From the NCBI GenBank assembly GCA_965235115.1, contig OZ249436.1, positions 49,478,001 to 49,542,000 of the forward strand: a stretch of DNA of 64,000 nucleotides. The letters are read 5' to 3'. Numbering within the stretch: position 1 is the stretch's first letter; each line of letters begins with the position of its first letter. Origin of the DNA: Laetmonice hystrix. Its lineage: Eukaryota. Both the position numbers and the translations under genes were made by a program. Of this stretch, positions 40,501-50,645 are shown one piece after another. The notes beneath the pieces were generated by a model. The model did no database searches, was not told the DNA's origin, and saw nothing but the letters and a program-made list of their open reading frames with translations.

Positions 40501-43500
40501 CTACTTCAAATGTAATACATCCCGGAACAATGCAGAGCTCTGCTATATGGGGGAGCGGGGGAGGGGGTTCATGCTTGTCACGTGGCCACTATGTTCAGCC
40601 CTATTGGTTAATCAGTCTCTATCTCCCTGACCTATCCTAGTTTTAAAAACCATCAATATTATCTAGTGGCTACATGACAATTCACCTGTTGTCGGTCTCA
40701 AAGTTACCATTCTTTCATAGAAGCATGTCTGTGTGTCCCGACAGGTGTGGTTCCAGAACCGACGTGCCAAGTGGAGGAAAAGTGAGCGTTTCTCTCAACA
40801 AACATCCAGCCCGTCAGGGGGCGCCACCGACACGACAACCAACGCCGACAACAACAAAGACGCCGATGCCGATAGCCACCTCGACGACGACGACAACGAC
40901 GACTGCAAGACGCTCGTCGTCGATGAAATGACTGACGAACAGGAAGAAACCACGCCGAGATCAGAACTTGAGAATAACGGTGCTGCGACACCAGAGCCGT
41001 CAACTAGTTCGAATACTCCAGAGGAGCGAGATCGCTCAACTGTGGATGACGTGAAAAATAACGCTGACTCCGAGCACCGAAAGACTCCTGGAACGTCAAG
41101 CGAAGATGACGCGAAACCTGACCTTCACACAATCAAGGTGAACACAGACTCAGCGAGAGACACTCAGACAGACAGCAAACCGTCGCCCATATCAGACAAC
41201 CCCAAGCCAGAACCCATCTCCGACCCCCGGGACAAAATCCTCAGATCGCCGCACAAAATGGAACCTTCGAGAACTCCCGAGTCGTCGAAGCCCGTCATGC
41301 TTACATCCCGGCCGGATATGACGTTCAGTCACATGATGGCCGCGTCGTCTTTAGGTCTGAAGAGCCCGCTACTCGAGGACCTTCAGATGCGAAGCCTACA
41401 ACAGCCAGGATTCCTGGGAGGTCATCCTGATCCTTTGTTTGCCCTCCACAGTGCGGCGGCTCACGATCTCCGACAGAGGACACCCTACCCCGGACATCTT
41501 CCATTGTAAGGGCACCTTTCAATATCTAAACATTCCGTAAAGATTCCATACTAGTTTATAAGCGGGCTACTGCCTGTTAAACTATCTCTGGTAGATCAAA
41601 CAGTCTTCTCATTGCAACATAAACGTGATTCGAAGAAATATCCGTTAACATCAGCTTTTGAAATGTATGACGACTTTAATTCCGAAATTTAGACCCACTG
41701 ACAACCTAGACGGAAAAACTTGAATGTACGATAGAGAAACTTTAGTTTAACGTGTTTCAATGCCTACTTGACTCTATAGTGACCCATGTGTCAACGCGGG
41801 GCTCAAGTACCACAACAAAGCACATGAGCATATGGGTCAATATTCTCTGGGGTGAGCGTACTAGAATAGCAACCCCCACCCCCTTGCCACCGCTAACTCT
41901 GGCCGAAACGCACAATAAGATCGAATAATTCACGCTCTTTGTGCAAGGACATCTAATGTACTTAATTTGTACGCCATAAAAGAACACTTAATTTAACAGA
42001 TAAAGGAGGAAATTCAATGACGTCGAAAAGATTGAATCGGATTTTCCACTAATAACAGCGAGAGGTGATGGTTCCGCGACCGACACTAGATGTCGCTCAA
42101 GGTCAACCCCTCGAAAATGAGACATGAAAGCGAGGCCCAACACGGTTAGATAACGACATAAGTGGGTTTGTCTTGCTCATTTTGCCAACTTCGCAAGAGC
42201 CATTACATGGCCTTTCCTGTCGTTAGTAGGGGCGTATTCAATGAGTACGACTTACCCGGTCGTTACAACACAAAGGGGACTCGTAACAGAGTTCACGTAG
42301 ACCTGGTGTGAAATGTTGGCCAGAAATAATCATATTTCAACTATTATACCACATCGCGTGCAGGGTGAGGCATCAAAAACATATTTCTCTGACAGTACCC
42401 CTAAAATATCATTGCTGTCAATGGCATGACGCTGAATGTGGCCGGTTTTGTAACCAATATGACGTCAGAGCGTCCGTACTCGTGGGAGCAGATGGAAACG
42501 ACAGATTCGAGAAGTCGAGTCGTTACAAACGACCGCACCCACTCCATCTGTTCGGCTATTCTTGTCTCCTGATGAAGAGGTTGATGTCAGCGATTAAATT
42601 GAATTCGAGTTCATCTTTAGATTCGGCCTATTTGTAAGCCTATTAAACGGGGCATGACTTTAGCCGTAGGGGGAGGGGTAGCCTGGTCCCCGGTGCCTTA
42701 CCATACGCATCCGCTTGATGTTAGGCCCGGTGATGGCTAACAGAAAGCTGTAAAACGGAAGTGGTGATCTCCAAGCACTTCCGCCTCGGAGCTAATCACT
42801 TCCGCCTCCGGTCCGTTGGTCAGCGTTAACAGAGTGATTGACTTCTGCTTGGAGCGTGGCCGGGAGTGGCCAACAATAGCAACATGCCCCTGCGTATGCA
42901 GACCGTAGCAGGTGTGGGGACTGCTGACGCTATGTTTACATCCAGAAAAGCGAGGACATTTAACACTTGTATTTTAAAGGGATTGACGAAAATATTTGTG
43001 TCTTGTTGGAGAAATACGGAGGGTACGGAACTATACCTCGTTTGCGTCCATGTTTTCGATGGGCCAATCACAACGCTTGCTTCGATTGGCCATCACCAGG
43101 CTCTATATACGAAGTTAATATAGAGCTGGGGACCCGGCTATGGGAGGGGGGCCTTCACTGGGGGGGGGGGGGGCTGTATTCATGCGCCAGCCCTCGAGTT
43201 CTTTACTTTCCCACAGTAAAGGAGCTGAATCCCGTTACCTGTTTATTATATGCGCTTGGATTATTTCTAGTTTGAGGAAATGATCCAACAGTAAAGGCAC
43301 CCTGCCCACATCCACACGGTGCTCACAAAGTGAACTGAGGGGATGGGGCCTACTGTTGGACCAACCTGGCGTAATTTATAATACAGGTTCTGGCGATTCC
43401 ATAGGACCCCATAGTTAACGTCGCATTGCCACGTAACGTGTACAATCAAATCAGTCCATATGGAACACGCGTTCCTTATACGGACTACCATATGGCACCC

Positions 43501-46057
43501 CCCCCCCCCCCATGGCACTGGCAGATAGAATGCACATATAAATGCAATAAATCGACCATGGTGAATTCATAGGACACCAACAAGGGCGCCCTCATGACGT
43601 ACATATAACAATAATTTTTAGACTCTATGAAAGTGCAGGCATCCTACATTGCCTGGTATTAACACGGAGATATGAGAACTAATGTGGATTGGTTTATTTT
43701 CTTGTTTCAGGGCGAGTTATAAACAGATGCTGGACCCAATGATGACGTCACCTTACCTGTCCCCACAACACCTGCAGCACCTCCCTCATCACCCCGCATT
43801 TAAAGGTAACTGTAATCTTCCGAGAAGATTTACTGTAATCTAACATTGTGGTAGAAAGGGATCTTTTTGAAAGTTATAAAATGTTATTAAGGATGGCATC
43901 ATGGGCGGATCCAACAGATTAGACTAAGAAGGGAGACGGACCATCAGGCAAACCCGCCAACCGTCGAGACGGGGGATCTCCTCATACTATTTATAACATT
44001 ATCTGAAAATTAGAGGGGGCTATCTATCACTGGATCTAAGGTTCCCTGCGCCATTCCCTCAGCCTAAATTATACCAGAGGTGGGGCGACAAGTTAGCAGG
44101 GTTGGTTACAAAATAGGCGGTCAGCGTTGTAATAACACTATAGTCAGTAAATGTTGGTGAGGTAAAAATTGTGATGTGAAAACAAAAACCGACTTTTGTC
44201 ATTGTTAATCAAATAATCTGGATTTAGGGGGAAATTACCAGGTAGAATAGGTATGGTGGCCCAAAAGTATCATCTCGACTTACAAAATCTCGCATGGGGC
44301 AAATAAAATCAAAATCTCGCATGGTAGAAACACAAAATCAAAATCTCGCATGCTAGAAACACAAAATCAAAATCTCGCATGGTAGAAACACAAAATCAAA
44401 ATCTCGCATGGTAGAAACACAAAATCAAAATCTCGCATGGTAGAAACAAAAATCAAAATCTCGCATGGTAGAAACACAAAATCAAAATCTCGCATGGTAG
44501 AAACACAAAATCAAAATCTCGCATGGGGCTTTTTACGGGCGCTGCCATGTTGAAACTAGGCAAGCGGCGCGCAAGCGCAGTATCGCCGGAAGTAGTCAGA
44601 GTGGCCTGGATCATCACGCCCTTTGTCGGCATACGCCCCAGTCTGATCCTAGCCTGGTCCCCGGCGCCTACCATACGCATCCGCTTGATGTTAGGCCCGG
44701 TGATGGCTAACAGAAAGCTGTAAAACGGAAGTGGTGATCTCCAAGCACTTCCGCCTCGGAGCTAATCACTTCCGCCTCCGGTCCGTTGGTCAGCGTTAAC
44801 AGAGTGATTGACTTCTGCTTGGAGCGTGGCCGGGAGTGGCCAACAATAGCAACATGCCCCTGCGTATGCAGACCGTAGCAGGTGTGGGGACTGGTAACGT
44901 TATGTTTACATCCAGAAAAGCGAGGACATTTAACACTTGTATTTTTAAGGGATTGGCGAAAATATTTGTGTCTTGTTGGAGAAATACGGGGGGGTACGGA
45001 ACTATACCTCGTTTGCGTCCATGTTTTCGATGGGGCAATCACAACGCTTGCTTCGATTGGCCTTCACCAGGCTTTATATTGGCCTGGTCCCCATTCGGCC
45101 CACCTCGGGACTGTCCGGGCCAGGTCCGGAAGTTGCGCCGAGGTTTTCCGAATGGCCTGGTCCCTAGCCTCGCCAAGAGTACCTGGTCCCCTGTCTTGCA
45201 TGGATCCAGCCGCGCTCCTACTGTGCATTTTCTCCATGCGAGATTTTGATTTTGTGTTTCTAGCATGCATGCGAGATTTTGATTTTGTGTTTCTAGCATG
45301 CGAGATTTTGATTTTGTGTTTCTAGCATGCGAGATTTTGATTTTGTGTTTCTAGCATGCGAGATTTTGATTTTGTGTTTCTAGCATGCGAGATTTTGATT
45401 TTGTGTTTCTAGCATGCGAGATTTTGATTTTGTGTTTCTAGCATGCGAGATTTTGATTTTGTGTTTCTAGCATGCGAGATTTTCTGTTTGCCCCATGCGA
45501 GATTTTGATTTTTTGTTTGTACCATGCGAGATTTTTATTTTGCGAGTACGAGATTTTATTTTGCGAGTACGAGATTTTATTTTGCGACTGCGAGATTTTT
45601 AAGTACGAGATGATACTTTTGAGCCACCATAAATAGGCGATAGGCTGTGCCGTATATCAAGATTTGACTCCTCGTTGGGAGGAGAAGCCCACTATAGTCT
45701 CTAAATGTGTTCTGACTTTTCAATTTTGCAGGTTTCGGAATGTGTGCCTGCTGCCCTCCTCGGCCGGGCCCCCACCACGTTGCCCACCACCATCACAGCC
45801 ACCACCCGGCCGCCAACCAACCACCGCCGCCACCACCGCACCACCCGACCCCGACGTCGGCCGCCCCGCCCCCGCCAGCCCAAACTTCCCCCCATTCACC
45901 GACCGCTCAGTTCGGCCCGCTGCCCGCCCAGGAACAGCGCACCTCGTCTGTGGCAGAACTCCGCCGGAAGGCTCGGGAACACTCGGAGGCCCTCGCCATG
46001 GAGGCCATGCCCAATCAAAAAACCGAAACGTACAACTCCGAGCGTGAATCTACGTAA
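31276..46057 (+). CDS. Drgx: Drgx (dorsal root ganglia homeobox / Drg11 / Prrxl1) PRD-class homeobox transcription factor, 6 coding exons, 485 aa; join(31276..31357,35778..35869,36874..36975,40745..41505,43711..43805,45732..46057)
   Basis: Manual splicing: all introns GT-AG, phases 1,0,0,2,1 match, total 1458 nt ending in TAA. Homeodomain [62 protein letters not shown]-terminus MFCFHCPP and [21 protein letters not shown] match the Drgx family sequence as I recall it (vertebrate MFYFHCPP...[27 protein letters not shown]...KAREHSEA). Confidence 0.93.
31489..31572. repeat. (GA)n microsatellite downstream of Drgx coding exon 1
   Basis: Direct read. Confidence 0.9.
34628..35390. repeat. Very GC-rich compound repeat (gagttggcgggcc core, higher-order units) in Drgx intron 1
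   Basis: Repeated ccgagttggcgggcc / gggagcttggcgggcc ending in (gggccgggc)n. Confidence 0.92.
35778..35869 (+). CDS. Drgx: Drgx coding exon 2 ([31 protein letters not shown]; homeodomain N-terminal arm)
   Basis: cactttcag|AT acceptor, CAG|gttggt donor; too short for the ORF track but encodes the start of the homeodomain. Confidence 0.95.
36159..36859. repeat. Minisatellite, 37-bp unit, filling most of Drgx intron 2
   Basis: tgtgactcgaaccctcatt(at/ca)gtggactctatgattg x~19. Confidence 0.96.
36874..36975 (+). CDS. Drgx: Drgx coding exon 3 ([34 protein letters not shown])
   Basis: attcag|CTG acceptor, CAG|gttggt donor at the Q46/V47 intron position characteristic of PRD-class homeoboxes; within ORF 36850..37077. 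Confidence 0.96.
40745..41505 (+). CDS. Drgx: Drgx coding exon 4 ([12 protein letters not shown], then acidic/Ser-Thr-Pro-rich region)
   Basis: cccgacag|GTG acceptor; ORF 40733..41509; donor CCATT|gtaagg, phase 2. Confidence 0.93.
42679..43140 (+). mobile_element. Non-autonomous Academ-like TIR element, copy 1 (intron 4)
   Basis: Termini TAGCCTGGTCCCC / GGGGACCCGGCTA (12/13 inverted match); flanks ggggagggg / tgggagggg (8/9, possible 9-bp TSD); near-identical to 44650-45078. Confidence 0.7.
43711..43805 (+). CDS. Drgx: Drgx coding exon 5 ([31 protein letters not shown])
   Basis: Strong acceptor ttattttcttgtttcag|G, donor AAG|gtaact; bridges phase 2 to phase 1 exactly, open frame. Confidence 0.85.
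44252..45631. mobile_element. Non-autonomous TIR DNA transposon, IS3EU-like, with 29-bp subterminal tandem repeats, in Drgx intron 5
   Basis: TIRs TATGGTGGC(C/T)CAAAAGTATCATCTCG at both ends; perfect 6-bp TSD AATAGG (44246-44251, 45632-45637); inverted arrays of aaatctcgcatg(g/c)tagaaacacaaaatca. TAY..RTA termini plus 6-bp TSD is my recollection of the IS3EU signature. Confidence 0.85.
44650..45078 (+). mobile_element. Academ-like element copy 2, nested in the IS3EU-like element, right end missing
   Basis: Starts TAGCCTGGTCCCC; high identity to 42679-~43108; ORF track shows matching translations ([19 protein letters not shown]). Confidence 0.75.
45732..46057 (+). CDS. Drgx: Drgx coding exon 6 (GFGMCACC, His/Pro-rich tract, OAR domain ~45938-45991, stop TAA)
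   Basis: ttttcaattttgcag|GT acceptor; ORF 45740..46057 contains the OAR motif [19 protein letters not shown]. Confidence 0.92.
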
Positions 46058-46688
46058 AGTGGGGGTCAGTTAGAAAACTGGCAGGTCTAGTTCAATGTTG
46101 GCAGATTTATACCATGGGAGGGGGAGCGTTATACTTAGTTACCTGAGCCCTGGGCAAATAATATACATTCGTCATTGATTATAAAAATATGATTAATGCT
46201 GATACCAAGTGTGCTAAATGTTGACAAAATGTTATCATATCGGTGAACCCCCAACCGGTGGGGCAAATCTTTAACGTCATGAAGGATAATTGACTGCGGA
46301 ATACATGATGGATAAAAACGATGAATACAGCAAGTTTATAGAAAAGTGTAAAATTGTAAATAATGTACGTAGAGAGTTGTTGATGAGACTGCGCATGTCT
46401 GCTATATAATTTCATGTAACGAATCACAAAATAATAATCGAAACCAACGAGATTATAAAGTTGGGAAGACCTAGCAGTTCGCCCATCTGTAGAAACCAAT
46501 TGATTCTTCTGTTCATCCAAAGGTTTGTCGTCTGGCAGTTCGTGATGAAGCTAGGAATGATTGGGGTGGTGACCACGAGAGGTCGGCATACAAGTGACTG
46601 TTTCTGTACTTGTCCGAAATAACCTGTTTACTTGTCCATAATGAAACAGATATACGTTCACAGAAAATGCAACGAGGAACGAAGAATT

Positions 46689-46689
<1 letters not shown>

Positions 46690-46743
<54 letters not shown>

Positions 46744-46822
46744 TTCTCTCTCTCTCTCTCTCTGCCACTCTCTCTCTCTCTCTATCCCTCTCCCTCTCTC
46801 TCTCTGTCTTTCTGTCTCTCTC
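46690..46822. repeat. (CT)n microsatellite downstream of the Drgx stop codon
   Basis: Direct read. Confidence 0.92.
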
Positions 46823-47005
46823 AAGCAGATTTTTGTAAGAAAGGTCATTTTTTGCTGTAAGTCTCTTGTTTTCTGAAACAGGTTTCATAAGTGGAAACAC
46901 AGCGTGAGATTTCCAACAAATTCTATGTGATGCAAATCCAACCACGACAAAGTGTCTTAAGGACATCTCAAGATAAAATCGGAGAGTGGATTATGAAGTT
47001 GACGT

Positions 47006-47482
47006 GAATCCACCCCTCCCTCACTGTCCCCTGTCACTCCACACACAACACTGACAATCAACAGTTTGTGTACATCAATATCCGGAATCCACCCCTCCCT
47101 CACTGTCCCCTGTCACTCCACACACAACACTGACAATCAACAGTTTGTGTACATCAATATCCGGAATCCACCCCCCGGTCACTGTCCCCTGTCACTCCAC
47201 ACACAACACTGACAATCAACAGTTTGTGTACATCAATATCCGGAATCCACCCCTCCCTCACTGTCCCCTGTCACTCCACACACAACACTGACAATCAACA
47301 GTTTGTGTACATCAATATCCGGAATCCACCCCTCCCTCACCGTCCCCTGTCACTCCACACACAACACTGACAATCAACAGTTTGTGTACATCAATATCCG
47401 GAATCCACCCCTCCCTCACTGTCCCCTGTCACTCCACACACAACACTGACAATCAACAGTTTGTGTACATCAATATCCGGAG
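47006..47482. repeat. Minisatellite, 79-bp unit, 6 copies
   Basis: gaatccacccctccctcactgtcccctgtcactcc...catcaatatccg. Confidence 0.96.
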
Positions 47483-48004
47483 GTTCTCCGAATCATAGAT
47501 TACGGAAGGTTCTTTGACTGTCTTTCCTACATCCTGGCCATTTTTGGTCTCTTGCCTCTAATTGTTGGTTAGAATGTCGAATGTGCAGTCCAAGTAATCG
47601 TCATACCTGGTACACAGGACGTATTTCGTACGTCTAAGATTTATCGGGGGTGTATGTTCTGTCAGACTGCTATACCCCTAGTTGGTGTGAAATTCAGGGG
47701 AGTGTTTGATATAGTACAGTTCGTGAGCGTTTGAAGTTCTACAGACATGTGATAAAATATTAGTTGTATTCACTGTCGATTTGAACATTTTGTACATCTG
47801 TGTGCATACTCACACCTCTAATACTCAGGCGCCATCTTGGTTAATTAAGAACCACGCAGAGTGTTAGGCCTGGAACACCCATAAAGACAGGTGCAGTGGA
47901 CAGATATTATAAGATGTTATAGGTAAAAATACATTGACCAACTACATGCTGGGGTAGAATTCACAAGACTATTGTTAAGTGAAGAGTACCGAGGTAGTCA
48001 TTAA

Positions 48005-48417
48005 AGGCAGGGTAAACACCCACGGCAAAAAAGGTTTCATAGACCAAATGAAACACCAGCATTTCACTGAGGGCAATAAATGCCACAATTACGTTGTCTG
48101 AATGAAGTAATTAACGTGTAACCGCCCGATGTGTGACGCCGCTGGTTCTAACCTTGACCTTCTTGTGGCGTATTGCGTAACATTACGTGTTACTCTGCTC
48201 ACAGACCTTGTCTACACGATGTTTGGAGTCCCAACGTTTGTAAACGTCCGAGGTGTTGAACACACAAGCAGAACCAGTTGCGTCACACATCGGGCAGTTA
48301 CACGTTAATTACTTCATTCAGACGATGTAATTGTGTCATTTATTGCCCTGAGGTAAATTATGCTGGTGTTTCATTTGGTCTAGGAAACCTTATTTGCCGT
48401 GGGTGTTTACCCTGCCT
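48005..48417. mobile_element. Foldback MITE with TTAA TSD (Kolobok-like)
   Basis: TTAA at 48001-48004 and 48418-48421; ~135-bp imperfect TIRs starting AGGCAGGGTAAACACCCACGGCAAA; AGG (not piggyBac CCY) termini. Confidence 0.8.
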
Positions 48418-49550
48418 TTAAGACTGATGTGGAAACTCAAATGGCAAACAAGGATGGTAGAGATTTAAACTGATGCAGAGCATGATGAAGAGTGCCTGAC
48501 AATTATTAGTAACTGATCATTCTACAGAAAATAAAATTAATGTGTGAAGTAGATGTTCGATTTCGTGACAATCGAATCCATGTTGCCGAGTACAAGTAGA
48601 ACAGGCTAACAACAGGGCCTACTCACATACCAGCAGTACGAGTGAATGGCGGACAATTTACAACACTCGCCAGTAACGTGATAAGCTCTATTTCAATGGC
48701 TCCCAAATCATTTGGTGTTGCATACACATGAAAGGGCTAACAACTTTCCGTGTCCTTGGACCAGCAATTACTGACAGGCGACATCACTAAATCCCGGGAG
48801 GGTTCAGCAGTAGCAGGCGTTCATACAGTAGTCGGACTCGCAGAATGAAACACCGTTGTTATCAAGGCTCACCTACACGGCCATCTATATGACATTGTAA
48901 AGATACTTTAATTACTGTGTGAAAATGATGTTGAAACCAGTGCGTCCTTACACAGGTTTCCTTGAGGACCTCCTTGACAGCCTGAGGTGGTCTCCGGGGG
49001 TGCTAGTATCACACCATGACAGCCACTGCTATAGGGACACGTACAGGTCCTTCAACCTGCAATGGTCAATGTCAGCCCGATATAAATCTAAACACACTAC
49101 TGTGATGGGCCATAGAGTGACAGTATGCCCGCCTATAATAGATTCTTCAATGTGTGATATTAACTGTTAATTGATCGAACATAGAAAACTTCTTCATGAG
49201 TGCCAAACGGCAAACAGAGTCACGGCAGAGTTCACGTGGCAGTAGGCCTCAGGCATGTTTACGACTGATCTAAACCATCTACACGTCACATTCTTGTGAC
49301 TATTAGATCATAATGTCGAACCTCTATCTACAAATAATAAAGGTTTATTATTCCTAAATATGATGAACGTTGGTGATTTTGTCGAGGGTCATTTTTTTAA
49401 ATTCTGTGAAGTCTCAAACAGCATTCGTTACTAAGGACCGAGTGACGTCAGAAAACGTGAAATTAAAAAGTTGTATATGTCATTAGTCTTGTTATGCTGT
49501 ACATAATTATTGTCAGTGGCCACGGGCCTTGAATTGTAATTAAAGAGTGA

Positions 49551-49592
49551 AAATAAACAACTATCTAGAAATACGATTATAGTGTGTGTCCT
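49551..49592 (+). promoter_or_regulatory. Candidate polyadenylation signal for Drgx
   Basis: AATAAA at ~49552 followed ~25 nt later by GT-rich tagtgtgtgt; other AATAAA at ~48075, ~48529, ~49336. Confidence 0.3.
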
Positions 49593-50239
49593 TATTCATT
49601 TACTTCATTTCAAATCACATCCACAGCGTCTGGCTAAACAAATCTCAATGTCACAGTATATTATGTGGCCCTATATGATTGTACGTCTAGCTATACACGA
49701 TATGTGCGTCCAGGAATATGCTTAATCCATTGAAGCGTTTTTCCTGGCAACGCCCTTTCGATTTTTGCTTCATTGCTTAATTCTATTACGATTTTGAGTT
49801 AAAAAGATTAAATCCACTTTAAGGATAAGGTGTGAATAGCAAGCAACTACTACAGCGTGGATTCCATTCTTTCAAACTCAAATCGCAGGGACATCGCATA
49901 TCATCTCGTATCAATGGATCACCCCTGGGCCCGGTTTTTAGTTCGTCATTTTACCAATCTTAAGACTGGAATTTTAAGACTGACTTGCGTTATGGTCTCC
50001 CCCCCCCCCCCATGTTAACATGATACAATTTCAGTTAGGCCTACTATAACATCGCGTTCAAATATTGGTAACTACATTTTGTATTTTGCCTAACACGTTA
50101 AGTAATATGAAGGTTCACACCCATGTCTGCAGCCACTGCGTGACATCTTTAAGGAAGCCACCAAATCGTGACACCTTTGCCGCGCTTTGCCATAGCTTCG
50201 CGAGTGATATGAACTTATTGAAGTGACCTCTTTTTCTAT

Positions 50240-50645
50240 AGCGGAAATAACTCAAAGCCTGGCGCATGAATACGTCACTCCACCTTCGGTGTTGTGCCGT
50301 GATTGGACCATCGAAAACATGGACGCAAACGAGGTATTTCGTATTTCTCCAACAATAAACAGATATTTTCGTCAATCCCTTTAAAATACAAATGTTAAAT
50401 GTCCTCGCTTTTCTGGATGTAAACATAGCGTCATCGGTCCCCACACATGCTACGGTCTGCATACGCATGGGCATGTTGGCCACTCCCGGCCACGCTCCAA
50501 GCAGAAGTCGGTCACTCTGTTAACGCTGACCAACGGAACGTAAGCGGAAGGGCTTGGAGTTTAATCACTTCCGTTTGGCGGCTTTTGGTCAGCCAGCACC
50601 TGGCCTAACATAGCGGATGCGTCTGGTTGGCAGGGGACCAGGCTA
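50240..50645 (-). mobile_element. Academ-like element copy 3, inverted and more diverged
   Basis: Reverse complement matches 42679-43070; ends GGGGACCAGGCTA at 50645; ORF 50115..50483(-) shows the homologous [11 protein letters not shown] translation. Confidence 0.7.

Noticed and set aside
35778..40800. Assignment of the homeobox to Arx/Alx/Phox2
   Set aside because: [11 protein letters not shown], [21 protein letters not shown], the MFxFHCPP start and the [11 protein letters not shown] fit Drgx best.
42866..43123. Three similar ORFs (42866, 44836, 50115) suggesting a small gene family
   Set aside because: They are copies of one non-coding TIR element, and the frames break at different points between copies.
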